From Alistipes sp. (GTDB lineage: Bacteria > Bacteroidota > Bacteroidia > Bacteroidales > Rikenellaceae), in the NCBI GenBank assembly GCA_020026335.1, contig JAHHQO010000009.1, positions 35,286-99,285 of the forward strand: a stretch of 64,000 bases of DNA, read 5' to 3'. Below, one piece after another: positions 54,964-64,000 of this stretch. A model generated the notes under the pieces. That model was not told the origin of the DNA. It made no database searches and saw only the letters and a list, made by a program, of their open reading frames with translations. Positions within the stretch are counted from its first letter, which is position 1. Every line of letters starts with the position of its first letter. Made by a program: the position numbers and the translations under genes.

Positions 54964-57783
54964 ATGAAAGAGGATAAGATAAAGATAGTAGGAGCGAGAG
55001 TCCATAATTTGAAGAATGTCGATTTGGAGATTCCACGTCGGCAGCTGGTTGTCATCACGGGATTGAGTGGTTCGGGTAAGTCGTCACTGGCTTTCGACAC
55101 CATCTATGCCGAGGGACAGCGGCGCTATATGGAGACGCTTTCGACCTACGCGCGTCAGTTTGTGGGAACTATGGAACGACCCGATGTCGATAAGATTACG
55201 GGTCTGAGTCCTGTGGTTGCCATCGAACAGAAGACCACCAACAAGAATCCTCGTTCGACGGTGGGTACCGTCACCGAAATCAACGACTTCCTGCGATTGC
55301 TCTACGCGCGAGCCTCGAGAGCCTATTCGCCCATCACAGGCGAGGAGATGGTGCACTACTCCGACGACAAGATTCTGGAGATGATTCTCTCGGGATTCGA
55401 GGACAGGAGAATTGCCGTCATGGCGCCTATCGTCAAGGGCCGTAAGGGTCACTATCGCGAATTGTTCGAGTCGCTGGCCAAGAAGGGCTACATCTACGCA
55501 CGTATCGACGGCGAGATTCGCGAAATATCGGTGGGCATGAAGCTCGACAGATATAAGATTCACACCATTGATTTGGTGGTTGATCGCCTGCGTGTCACCA
55601 AGGAGGGTGCCGACCGTCTGATGACCTCGCTCAAGGAGGCCATGCGACAGGGCAAGGGCACCATGGCCATCTACGACTACGGCACCGAGCAACAACGCTT
55701 CTACTCGCGACACCTCATGTGTCCCTCGACGGGTGTGGCTTTCGAAGAGCCTGCACCCCACACCTTCTCGTTCAACTCGCCGAAGGGTGCTTGTCCCCAC
55801 TGCAACGGTTTGGGAGAGGAGGCGGTCTTCGATATGGACAAGATTATCCCGCAGAAACATCTCTCCCTGAGAGAAGGTGCTGTCGAGCCGCTGGGCAAGT
55901 ATCACAATAATATGCTTTTCGCCATTCTCGAGATGCTGGGACGCCGCTACGACTTCACGTTGGACGACCCCATGGACACCTTTTCAGAGGAGGCGCTCAA
56001 TGCCGTGTTGTATGGCGATTCCGAACCTCTGACCATCGACCTCTCGGAGTTCGGCGGTTCGGGTGGTCGTCAGCTCCACCAGTGGGAGGGCGTGGCGGAA
56101 TACATTACCCACACCTATGATGAGGAGTCGGCACGCGGTCGCAAATGGAGGGAGCAGTTCCTCGCCTATCGCAAGTGTTCGGTCTGTGGCGGTTCGCGTC
56201 TCAAAAAGGAGGCACTGCAATTCCGCATCGGTGGTAAGAGCATTGCCGATGTCTCGGCGATGTCGATTAGCGAGTTCTCGGAGTGGATGTCCCACATCGA
56301 GGAGCACCTCTCGGAAAAGGAGAGCAAGATTGCACAGGAGGTGGTCAAGGAGATTCGCGAACGCCTCGGTTTCCTGATGGATGTGGGTTTGGGTTACCTC
56401 TCGCTGGCACGTGCCTCGCGCTCGTTGTCGGGCGGTGAGAGCCAGCGCATCCGACTTGCCACACAGATTGGTTCGAAATTGGTCAATGTATTATATATCC
56501 TCGATGAGCCCTCCATCGGCCTACATCAGCGCGACAATGAGCGTCTGATTCACTCGCTGGAGGAACTGCGCGATGCCGGTAACTCGGTCATCGTGGTGGA
56601 GCATGACGAGGAGATGATGCGTGCGGCGGATTTCATTGTCGATGTCGGCCCCAAGGCTGGTCGCCGCGGTGGTCAGATTGTGGCTGCCGGAACGTATGAT
56701 GAAATCCTCAAAAGCGGTACGATTACAGCCGATTACCTCACGGGTAAGCGAAGCATCACCATTCCCGAAACCCTGCGCAAGGGTACGGGCAAGAGCATCG
56801 TGCTCCACGGTGCACGCGGTAACAACCTCAAGGGTATAGATGTGGAGTTCCCGTTGGGCAAACTCATCTGCGTGACGGGTGTCAGCGGTTCGGGTAAATC
56901 GACACTCATTAACGAGACCCTGCGCCCCATCTTGTCGCGTACGCTCTACCACTCCTACGACCAGCCGCTGGACTACGATTCGATAGAGGGCATCGAGCAT
57001 ATCGACAAATTGGTGGTGGTCGATCAGTCGCCCATCGGACGCTCGCCGAGAAGCAATCCGGCGACCTATTCCAATGTCTTTGGCGACATCCGCAAACTCT
57101 TTGAGATGACCCCCGATGCTCAAATCCGCGGTTTCAAGGCGGGACGCTTCTCGTTCAATGTCAAGGGTGGTCGCTGCGAGGAGTGTCGTGGTGCCGGTGT
57201 GCAGACCATCGAGATGAATTTCCTGCCCGATGTCTATGTGCGTTGCAAGGCGTGTGGCGGTAACCGTTACAACCGCGAGACGCTGGAGGTGAAATATAAG
57301 GGACGCTCCATCAACGATGTGCTCAACATGACGGTGAACATGGCGGTGGAGTTCTTCGAGAATATTCCCTCCATTCATCAGAAACTGAAAGCCATTCAGG
57401 ATGTGGGCTTGGGTTATCTCACTTTGGGCCAGCCCTGTACCACGCTGTCGGGTGGTGAGAGCCAGCGCATCAAACTCTCCTCGGAGCTGTCGAAGCGCGA
57501 CACGGGAAGCACACTTTATATCCTCGATGAGCCGACAACGGGTCTTCACTTCGAGGATATTCGCCTGCTGCTCGATGTATTATATAAGTTGGTGGACAGG
57601 GGTAACACGGTCATTGTCATTGAGCACAACCTCGATGTGATAAAGGTGGCCGACCATATCCTCGACATCGGCCCCGAGGGCGGTAAGGCCGGAGGTGAGG
57701 TGCTTGTTGCCGGAACACCCCACGAGGTGGCACAATGCGAACGCAGCTACACGGGTAAGTTCCTCAAGAAAATGGGACTCTGA
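54964..57783 (+). CDS. uvrA: excinuclease ABC subunit UvrA
   Basis: Two ABC modules ([22 protein letters not shown]), zinc-finger Cys pairs, 939 aa. Confidence 0.97.
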   Translation: MKEDKIKIVGARVHNLKNVDLEIPRRQLVVITGLSGSGKSSLAFDTIYAEGQRRYMETLSTYARQFVGTMERPDVDKITGLSPVVAIEQKTTNKNPRSTVGTVTEINDFLRLLYARASRAYSPITGEEMVHYSDDKILEMILSGFEDRRIAVMAPIVKGRKGHYRELFESLAKKGYIYARIDGEIREISVGMKLDRYKIHTIDLVVDRLRVTKEGADRLMTSLKEAMRQGKGTMAIYDYGTEQQRFYSRHLMCPSTGVAFEEPAPHTFSFNSPKGACPHCNGLGEEAVFDMDKIIPQKHLSLREGAVEPLGKYHNNMLFAILEMLGRRYDFTLDDPMDTFSEEALNAVLYGDSEPLTIDLSEFGGSGGRQLHQWEGVAEYITHTYDEESARGRKWREQFLAYRKCSVCGGSRLKKEALQFRIGGKSIADVSAMSISEFSEWMSHIEEHLSEKESKIAQEVVKEIRERLGFLMDVGLGYLSLARASRSLSGGESQRIRLATQIGSKLVNVLYILDEPSIGLHQRDNERLIHSLEELRDAGNSVIVVEHDEEMMRAADFIVDVGPKAGRRGGQIVAAGTYDEILKSGTITADYLTGKRSITIPETLRKGTGKSIVLHGARGNNLKGIDVEFPLGKLICVTGVSGSGKSTLINETLRPILSRTLYHSYDQPLDYDSIEGIEHIDKLVVVDQSPIGRSPRSNPATYSNVFGDIRKLFEMTPDAQIRGFKAGRFSFNVKGGRCEECRGAGVQTIEMNFLPDVYVRCKACGGNRYNRETLEVKYKGRSINDVLNMTVNMAVEFFENIPSIHQKLKAIQDVGLGYLTLGQPCTTLSGGESQRIKLSSELSKRDTGSTLYILDEPTTGLHFEDIRLLLDVLYKLVDRGNTVIVIEHNLDVIKVADHILDIGPEGGKAGGEVLVAGTPHEVAQCERSYTGKFLKKMGL

Positions 57784-57799
57784 CCCGAGGATAATTACA

Positions 57800-57836
57800 A
57801 GGGAGGAAGATTTCGATTCTTCCTCCCTTTTTTTTG
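57800..57836 (+). terminator. rho-independent terminator of uvrA
   Basis: GGGAGGAAGA / TCTTCCTCCC 10-bp stem, 7-nt loop, T8 run. Confidence 0.88.
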
Positions 57837-57942
57837 TGATGTTAGACACGGATTTTAGGCATTGATTTTGCAAGAAGATAGTTCAGTAATCAAAATCTGT
57901 GTGCCATGAAAAAATCAATCCTGTTTTGCCTTTCTGCTGGGT

Positions 57943-58356
57943 GTGCTGACCGTGATGACCACCGTGTCGGTTATCGGTCAGAAGAAAATCCTTTCACCCA
58001 GGGAGGAGCGGCGCGAGGCGCGTGAAAAACGCCGTGCGGAACGTATCGCCAGCTTCGAGCGCTACATCGACTCGCTGGTGGAGTCTCACAATTTCGAGTT
58101 CAACCCCCAGACTATGCAACGCCAGCCGGCAGGCATCTTGCGTCAGATTATGAACCCTGCGTTCAATGTCAGCGACTACACCACCCAACGCACCCACGAG
58201 GGGTGGCGAGTGACCTTCTCCTCCTCGCTTTTCTCGGCGGCGAACTACACTTTCTCCTTCAAGATCTACTCGCGCACGGACGGTGCGAACCTCACCATCT
58301 CCAATCCGTGGTACAGCCCCGTGGAGGATTTCGGTTCGATAGCCGAAATCTATTGA
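57943..58356 (+). CDS. hypothetical secreted protein (DUF4251-like?); its signal-peptide start (ATG 57906) is out of frame
   Basis: The track ORF starts at GTG 57943. ATG 57906 followed by an A6 run encodes MKK.., and one A fewer would give MKNQSCFAFLLGVLTVMTTVSVIGQ.., a normal signal peptide. Confidence 0.55.
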   Translation: MLTVMTTVSVIGQKKILSPREERREAREKRRAERIASFERYIDSLVESHNFEFNPQTMQRQPAGILRQIMNPAFNVSDYTTQRTHEGWRVTFSSSLFSAANYTFSFKIYSRTDGANLTISNPWYSPVEDFGSIAEIY

Positions 58357-58377
58357 CGGCAACGCGACACGAAAAAA

Positions 58378-58411
58378 AAGGCGGACATCTTCAACGAATG
58401 TCCGCCTTTTC
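58378..58411. terminator. bidirectional terminator between the 57943-58356 gene and ispF
   Basis: AAGGCGGACAT / ATGTCCGCCTT 11-bp stem flanked by A8 and T4 runs. Confidence 0.85.
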
Positions 58412-58430
58412 TGTGTCCGATAGGGTGGTC

Positions 58431-58910
58431 TTACTCCTTGTAAATCAGTGCTACGGCCGAAACCGACACGCCCTCCTCTCGACCTTCGAAGCCCAGCTTC
58501 TCGGTGGTGGTGGCTTTCACCGACATGGCGTCCTTGTCGATACCCATCGTGGCGGCCAGCACCTCGCGCATCTTGTCGATGTGGGGGCGCAACTTGGGGC
58601 GTTGCGCACGAATGGTGCAATCAACATTTCCGATTTTGTAGCCGTATTCGGTCAGCAACGAGCAGGTGCGGCGCAGAAGAATCTTCGAGTCCATGTTCTC
58701 GAACTCCGAAGCCGTGTCGGGGAAGTGGAGTCCTATGTCGCCCAGAGCTGCCGCTCCGAGCAGTGCATCGCAGATGGCATGAATGGCCACATCGCCGTCG
58801 GAGTGGGCGACAAAACCTTTCGAGTGCTCGATTTCCACACCGCCCAGCACAAAGCGCAAACCCTCCTTCAGGGCGTGTACATCATATCCGTGTCCTATTC
58901 TGAAATTCAT
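58431..58910 (-). CDS. ispF: 2-C-methyl-D-erythritol 2,4-cyclodiphosphate synthase
   Basis: [21 protein letters not shown]. Confidence 0.96.
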   Translation of the reverse strand: MNFRIGHGYDVHALKEGLRFVLGGVEIEHSKGFVAHSDGDVAIHAICDALLGAAALGDIGLHFPDTASEFENMDSKILLRRTCSLLTEYGYKIGNVDCTIRAQRPKLRPHIDKMREVLAATMGIDKDAMSVKATTTEKLGFEGREEGVSVSAVALIYKE

Positions 58911-58933
58911 GATTTGAGATGTTATATTTTTGT

Positions 58934-58941
58934 CAAAGTTA
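58934..58941 (-). promoter_or_regulatory. -7 box (TAACTTTG on minus strand) for ispF
   Basis: Plus-strand CAAAGTTA, 23 nt upstream of ATG 58910. Confidence 0.5.
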
Positions 58942-58952
58942 TGAAATTTTTA

Positions 58953-58960
58953 TATATTTG
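58953..58960 (+). promoter_or_regulatory. -7 box TATATTTG upstream of pepD
   Basis: Exact TAnnTTTG, 20 nt before ATG 58981. Confidence 0.5.
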
Positions 58961-58980
58961 CGAATAAACATTTTCAAATT

Positions 58981-60432
58981 ATGTCAGAAATAACATCTTT
59001 GAAACCGCGCCTGATATGGGAGCAGTTTGATGCAATTACCAAAGTTCCCCGTCCTTCGAAGAAGGAAGGCAAAATCATCGAATATCTGTTGGCTTTTGCC
59101 CGCGAACATCATATAGAGCATCAGAAGGATGCCATTGGCAATGTCGTGATGCGCAAGCCGGCAACCCCCGGTTACGAGAACCATCCTGCCGTGATTCTTC
59201 AGGCACATATGGATATGGTGTGCGAGAAGAATTCCGATGTGGAGTTCGACTTCGAGAACGACCCCATCCGCACCCGTATCGACGGTGAGTGGGTGAAAGC
59301 CGAGGGGACAACGCTGGGTGCCGACTGTGGTATCGGTATGGCTGCCGGACTGGCTGTCCTGCTGGACGAGGAGGCTGTTCACGGACCTCTGGAGGTGCTC
59401 TTCACCGTTGACGAGGAGACCGGTCTGACAGGTGCTTTCGAGCTGGGCGAGGATATGCTCCACGGCAAGTACCTCATCAACCTCGACTCCGAGGACGAGG
59501 GCGAGCTATTCATCGGCTGTGCCGGTGGTATCGACACCGTGGCTACTTTCCACTACACCATGGAGGAGGCTCCCAAGAACTATCACTTCTTCCGTGTCGA
59601 TGTTTCGGATTTGATGGGCGGTCACTCGGGTGACGATATCGATAAGGGTCGTGTGAACTCCAACAAGACGGTAGCCCGTCTGTTGTGGGACGCCATGCAC
59701 GCCTATGACCTCCGACTGAGCTACTTCTCGGGCGGTAACCTCCGCAATGCCATTCCGCGTGAGGCGTATGCCGTATTCGGTATTCCCATCCGCTTTGTTG
59801 ATGAGTTCAAGAAACACTACGAGATGTTCGCTGCCGACTTGAAGAGCGAGTTCCACTTCCGTGAGCCCAACTTCAAGATGACACTCAACGATATGCCTCA
59901 GGTGGATGAGGTACTGGACGAGAAGACCCAGCGCGCGCTGATTAACGCCATCGTGGGTGTGCCCAACGGTGTCATCGCCATGTCGTTTGCCGTTCCCGGT
60001 CTGGTGGAGACCTCTACCAACCTCGCTTCGGTGAAGTTCGAGGAGGGCAACCGCATCGTCATCACTTCGTCACAGCGTTCGTCTGTCGAGAGTGCCAAGA
60101 CTTATGTCATGCAGATGGTTGAGTCGGTATTCACATTGGCAGGTGCCGATGTTGTACACTCCGACGGTTATCCCGGCTGGACTCCCAACCCCGAGTCGAA
60201 GTTGTTGGAGATTACCGTGGAGAGCTACCGCCGTCTGTTCCACACCGAGCCGAAGGTGAGAGCCATTCACGCAGGTCTGGAGTGCGGTCTCTTCCTGGAG
60301 AAGTACCCCGATTTGGAGATGGTGTCGTTCGGACCTACATTGCGCGGAGTTCACTCGCCCGACGAGCGTCTGGAGATTGCCACAGTTCCCAAGTTCTGGG
60401 ATTTGCTGCTCGACACCCTCAAGAATTTGTAG
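58981..60432 (+). CDS. pepD: aminoacyl-histidine dipeptidase (Xaa-His dipeptidase, M20 family)
   Basis: L.P..IW..F..I...PRPS..E, QAHMDMV, TVDEE.G motifs. Confidence 0.93.
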   Translation: MSEITSLKPRLIWEQFDAITKVPRPSKKEGKIIEYLLAFAREHHIEHQKDAIGNVVMRKPATPGYENHPAVILQAHMDMVCEKNSDVEFDFENDPIRTRIDGEWVKAEGTTLGADCGIGMAAGLAVLLDEEAVHGPLEVLFTVDEETGLTGAFELGEDMLHGKYLINLDSEDEGELFIGCAGGIDTVATFHYTMEEAPKNYHFFRVDVSDLMGGHSGDDIDKGRVNSNKTVARLLWDAMHAYDLRLSYFSGGNLRNAIPREAYAVFGIPIRFVDEFKKHYEMFAADLKSEFHFREPNFKMTLNDMPQVDEVLDEKTQRALINAIVGVPNGVIAMSFAVPGLVETSTNLASVKFEEGNRIVITSSQRSSVESAKTYVMQMVESVFTLAGADVVHSDGYPGWTPNPESKLLEITVESYRRLFHTEPKVRAIHAGLECGLFLEKYPDLEMVSFGPTLRGVHSPDERLEIATVPKFWDLLLDTLKNL

Positions 60433-60453
60433 TCAATCCTTCATTGACCATAC

Positions 60454-60490
60454 GACTGACAACCTCATACGGGGTTGTCGGTCTTTTTTT
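60454..60490 (+). terminator. rho-independent terminator of pepD
   Basis: GACTGACAACC / GGTTGTCGGTC stem with one G-U pair plus a T7 run. Confidence 0.8.
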
Positions 60491-60588
60491 ACGCATAAGG
60501 ACAGGCTCGGTATGGGTAAATCATCGTTTTACAAGGGGTTGGAGAGGAGAAATTTGAGACAATATGACGGAATTTCGAGACTATTTCT

Positions 60589-60596
60589 TATATTTG
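60589..60596 (+). promoter_or_regulatory. -7 box TATATTTG upstream of the 805-aa OMP gene
   Basis: Exact TAnnTTTG, 30 nt before ATG 60627. Confidence 0.5.
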
Positions 60597-60626
60597 TAGA
60601 AGCACCAATCATCGGATATATATCGT

Positions 60627-63044
60627 ATGAAGAGCCTTTTCACCCTGCTTGTTTTGTTCCTCTCCCTGGAGGTCGCGGCACAGACCTATGATGACGAATA
60701 TCGTCCGTATGACTATCCCGAGGAGGAGCAGCCGATGATTGAAACCGATTCCGCATTGTTCTACCGTGCCATTCAGAATACCGATGACCAGTATGCACGC
60801 CTTTCGCTGTTCAACCTCCCCGATGTGGCGATTCGCCGACGGGGTTTGGACTACGAAGACGACTACTCCGTGCTGGGCGGTATGCACCTCAATTACCGTT
60901 ATTCGGATATCCTGCGCCGCATGGGTGCCGAGGAACTGAAGGTGACGGGTAGCTCCTCATTGGCGGATGTGGCCATTGGGGTGGGGAGTGTCCGCCGTTG
61001 GAGATTTACTGATGCCCTGCCTTTGAGAATGTATCGCGCTTCGGTGAATTTCTCGGGACGCAATTACCTCACGGGAGCGAATTTCTCGCTGCAACGTGAA
61101 ATCGGACGGTCGATGAACTGTTCCTTTGCCGTGGATGCTCGCACGGGACGCGACCTTTATATCGACGGGGTTTTCTCCAATTCGGTAACGGCAGGCTTCC
61201 GTCTGAAAAAATCGCTGTCACGCAGGCACTCGCTGTCACTGCTGTGCATCTTGCCCCCGATGATGAGGGGAACGCGTTTGGCATCGGTGGAGGAAGCTTT
61301 CACGCTGACGAACAACCGCCTTTATAACCCTGCATGGGGTTTCCAGAACGGCAAGGTGCGCAATTCGAGGGTGTGGCGCGAGTTCGTGCCACTGGTGATG
61401 GGCGGTTACAGTGCCGAACTTTCCGAACTTACCCATCTCGATGTCACCGTGGGTGCGGAGGTCGGCATCCGCAAGTACAGCATGCTGGGCTGGTACGATG
61501 CACGCACACCCATGCCCGACAATTACAGATACCTCCCTTCGTTCGGTCGCGAGTTGGAGACCGAGCAGGCGTGGTTGCAGGGCGATGCGCGCTACACGCA
61601 AATTAACTGGGACGAGATGATTCTGCAAAACCGTATGGCAGGCGGACACGCGGTCTATGCGCTGGAGGACAAGGTCGAGCGCGTGACCCATCTCTATACG
61701 GGCGTGGATTTCTCCACCCGTATTGACAAGAAGCTGACGCTGAACTACGGTGTGAAATACACCCTCCGTGCTTCGCGCAACTATAAAAATATGCGTGACC
61801 TGTTGGGTGCTGACCACATTATCGACATTGACCAATTCCTCATCGATGATGCCACCTACTCCTCAAAGTTGGAGAACGATGTTCGCCATCTGCACCGCAA
61901 AATCCGCGAGGGCGACCGCTTTGGCTATGATTATCGCTTGCAGCGGAGCAGTGTGGCGGCCTATGTCGCTGCTGCATATCGTTCCAATCGCTTGCGAGCC
62001 GATGTGTCGGCACTCTTGGGTGGTGATGCGGTTTCCCGCAAAGGATACATGGAGAAAGAACTCTTTCCCGGGAAAGGTTCGTGGGGGCGTTCGCGCAAGA
62101 TGAAGTTCACACCCTACACACTGAAAATGGCAGTGGGCTGGGCTTTCTCTCCGCGTAACTATCTCGAATTCAGTGGTGCGGCAGGTCGCCGTACTCCCTC
62201 TATGGAGCATCTGTTCGTGCAACCGCTCTACAACCACCGCACGGTGGAGCGACCCCAAGAGGAACACTTCTACGGGGCGGAAATTAACTATAAATATGTG
62301 GGACGCATGGCGGACATACGACTGACCGCCTATGCAACGGCACTCTATGACGGTACGCAGACGCGCCGCTATTTCGATGATTTGTCCTCCCAATTTTGTG
62401 ATATGGAGGTGTCGGGGATTTCGCGTTCCTCGTTGGGTGTCGAAGTTGCCGCACATCTCTATCTGTCGTACCGCTGGCATATAGATATGACGGTGGCTGG
62501 CTGTGTGAGCGACTATCTGCGCGATCCCGTGGTCACGGTGCTCTCCGATGTGGATAATGCCGTGATAGACAAGCATGCCGTGAGCCACTTGGGCGATTGT
62601 CGCCCCGCTGATGTGCCACAGCTGGCAGCTTCTGCCGAGTTGAGCCATTTCGCCCGTCACGGCTGGGGCTTCCGCCTGTCGGCAGGTTATGTGTCGGGGC
62701 GTTATGTCGAGCCTTCGATGGTACGGCGTACCGACCGCGTTGCCCGTGAATGCAGCGATGCTCCCGAAATACTGGAGCAGTTTATGCATCAGGAGCGTTT
62801 GGAAGATGTCTTCACCTCGCGTGTCTCGGTCTTCAAGAGCTTCTATTTCCGACGTTCGCGCTTGACGGCCTACGCCATGATAAACAATCTGTTGGGTGGA
62901 AAAGATGCTGTTTATCACGGTTTTGAGTCGATGCGCGTGCAGCGTCTGCGTGCCGGCAATCTCAACCTGTGGCGACCGCAGGCCACACGTTACACCTACT
63001 CCTATCCCCGAATGTTCTACGTGTCGGTCTCCTATCAGTTTTAG
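60627..63044 (+). CDS. TonB-dependent-receptor-like outer-membrane beta-barrel protein
   Basis: Signal peptide ..LEVAAQ. Alternating beta-strand pattern throughout. C-terminal ..YVSVSYQF. Only a short plug-like region (..PDVAIRRRG...VLGGMHLN). Confidence 0.7.
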   Translation: MKSLFTLLVLFLSLEVAAQTYDDEYRPYDYPEEEQPMIETDSALFYRAIQNTDDQYARLSLFNLPDVAIRRRGLDYEDDYSVLGGMHLNYRYSDILRRMGAEELKVTGSSSLADVAIGVGSVRRWRFTDALPLRMYRASVNFSGRNYLTGANFSLQREIGRSMNCSFAVDARTGRDLYIDGVFSNSVTAGFRLKKSLSRRHSLSLLCILPPMMRGTRLASVEEAFTLTNNRLYNPAWGFQNGKVRNSRVWREFVPLVMGGYSAELSELTHLDVTVGAEVGIRKYSMLGWYDARTPMPDNYRYLPSFGRELETEQAWLQGDARYTQINWDEMILQNRMAGGHAVYALEDKVERVTHLYTGVDFSTRIDKKLTLNYGVKYTLRASRNYKNMRDLLGADHIIDIDQFLIDDATYSSKLENDVRHLHRKIREGDRFGYDYRLQRSSVAAYVAAAYRSNRLRADVSALLGGDAVSRKGYMEKELFPGKGSWGRSRKMKFTPYTLKMAVGWAFSPRNYLEFSGAAGRRTPSMEHLFVQPLYNHRTVERPQEEHFYGAEINYKYVGRMADIRLTAYATALYDGTQTRRYFDDLSSQFCDMEVSGISRSSLGVEVAAHLYLSYRWHIDMTVAGCVSDYLRDPVVTVLSDVDNAVIDKHAVSHLGDCRPADVPQLAASAELSHFARHGWGFRLSAGYVSGRYVEPSMVRRTDRVARECSDAPEILEQFMHQERLEDVFTSRVSVFKSFYFRRSRLTAYAMINNLLGGKDAVYHGFESMRVQRLRAGNLNLWRPQATRYTYSYPRMFYVSVSYQF

Positions 63045-63128
63045 TGGTGGCGAGAGGGGGACTTTGGCATTATTTCCCGTCGTGTTGGCCTTTTAGCCCT
63101 GCGATTTGCGCGGTGCGGAATATCGGAT

Positions 63129-63136
63129 TATCTTTG
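63129..63136 (+). promoter_or_regulatory. -7 box TATCTTTG upstream of the TSCPD gene
   Basis: Exact TAnnTTTG, 25 nt before ATG 63162. Confidence 0.5.
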
Positions 63137-63161
63137 CACCGCACAAACAATCACATACATT

Positions 63162-63410
63162 ATGATACAGAAAATTTCACACACGTGCGTAGGCACGTGT
63201 TCGCGTCAGATTGACGTCGAGGTTGAAAACGGCGTAATTCTCAATGTCGTATTTACAGGCGGCTGCCACGGTAACACCCAGGGTATTTCGGCTTTGACCC
63301 GTGGTATGAAGGTCGAGGAGGTTATTGCTCGTTGCGAGGGCATCAACTGCCGCAACAAGGGTACTTCGTGTCCCGACCAGCTGGCACAGGCATTGAAGAA
63401 AGCGATATAA
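63162..63410 (+). CDS. TIGR03905-type TSCPD domain protein
   Basis: 82 aa. C.GTCS..I......I..V.F.GGC.GN.......G......I....G..C..KGTSCPDQLA. Confidence 0.85.
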   Translation: MIQKISHTCVGTCSRQIDVEVENGVILNVVFTGGCHGNTQGISALTRGMKVEEVIARCEGINCRNKGTSCPDQLAQALKKAI

Positions 63411-63426
63411 GTTTCTGTCAGTAGAA

Positions 63427-63475
63427 AAAGCGAGGAGTCGAACTTGAGATATTCGACTCCTCGCTTTTTTTTTTG
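63427..63475. terminator. bidirectional terminator
   Basis: AAAGCGAGGAGTCGAA / TTCGACTCCTCGCTTT perfect 16-bp stem plus a T10 run. Confidence 0.88.
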
Positions 63476-63487
63476 TTTCTATGGCAT

Positions 63488-64000
63488 TTATTCACCCAAC
63501 AGCGTGACAGGCTCTTTTCTTATTCCGAAATTCTCGGAGAGTGCCTTAGCAAAGGGCGTATAGAATTGTCTAGCTCCCGTTCGGCAGACCTTGACGCAGG
63601 CGCAACAACGTATGCACCGCGTGGGGTCGGTCTTCATCACATCGTCGGCATCGATGGCCTGCGTGGGGCATACATCGACACAAGCTCCGCAGCCGGCGCA
63701 CATATCCCCATAGGTCTGGGGCAGGAACACCACGGGGTGTTCGGCCTGCTGTTGGCGGTACTGCATGATGAATTCTCCGAAACGCTGTAACGACTCCTGC
63801 GGGGAGGGTACATCTTTTAATCGGCTGACATCAACGGGTGCAAGACTGTCGGATGTCAGCTTCGCGGCAATCTCTTGTCCGAATTGCTCGGCACGGGCGA
63901 TGTCCTCTTCATCGGGGCGGTCGGTGGCTATCGGGAACTCCTCGCTGCAATAGGAGTGTTCGCCGATGAAAGCTCCGGCGGCAACGGGTACAAATCCGCG
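63488..64000 (-). CDS. flavodoxin-like + 2x[4Fe-4S] ferredoxin-domain protein (EFR1-like), partial (N-terminus beyond right edge)
   Basis: The track lists only 63488-63766. The same minus frame stays open to nt 64000 (..GFVPVAAGAFIGEHSYCSEEFPIATDRPDEEDIARAEQFG..). C-terminal CAGCGACVDVCP and CIRCCACVKVCR. Confidence 0.8.
   Translation of the reverse strand, partial: RGFVPVAAGAFIGEHSYCSEEFPIATDRPDEEDIARAEQFGQEIAAKLTSDSLAPVDVSRLKDVPSPQESLQRFGEFIMQYRQQQAEHPVVFLPQTYGDMCAGCGACVDVCPTQAIDADDVMKTDPTRCIRCCACVKVCRTGARQFYTPFAKALSENFGIRKEPVTLLGE

Noticed and set aside
1-64000. CRISPR arrays, rRNA genes, IS elements, transposases, integrases and prophage modules.
   Set aside because: I saw no regularly spaced direct repeats, no rRNA-like sequence, no DDE or tyrosine/serine recombinase-like ORFs and no phage structural genes anywhere in the window.

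Overview
This looks like a chromosomal segment of a Bacteroidota genome (Bacteroidales, probably Prevotellaceae-type). It is moderately GC-rich and densely packed with housekeeping genes: nusB-DUF1573-yajC, obg, serB, dusB, argS, purA, etfBA plus an acyl-CoA dehydrogenase, PPi-phosphofructokinase, a cold-shock protein, ung, msrA, uvrA, ispF and pepD. Bacteroides-type TAnnTTTG -7 boxes precede most transcription units, and there are many clean rho-independent hairpins. I call 56 CDS (two partial at the window edges, both absent from the ORF track), 3 pseudogenes and 2 tRNA-Pro genes. I saw no rRNA, CRISPR array, transposase or integrase. Six regions are unusual. (1) An AT-rich island at the left edge carries an intact PHP-domain/P-loop ATPase fusion (Ppl-like defence candidate, truncated by the window) next to a dead XRE regulator and a dead YhcG/DUF1016 nuclease; the disabling changes are all stop or start-codon substitutions with no frameshift. 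(2) A small lipoprotein is paired with a radical SAM/SPASM enzyme. (3) A second AT-rich insert lies between two convergent tRNA-Pro genes and holds a frameshifted HTH gene and an orphan secreted protein. (4) A 5-alpha-reductase / OYE flavoenzyme / SDR operon resembles the gut Bacteroidota allo-bile-acid cluster. (5) A Ser-type sulfatase is translationally coupled to a DUF1847 metal-binding protein. (6) A non-Sus TonB-dependent transporter sits with an 893-aa internally duplicated lipoprotein, behind a ~0.9 kb ORF-free leader containing a repeated G-rich motif. All product calls rest on motif recognition by eye. No database search or numerical computation was run, and GC statements are visual impressions.
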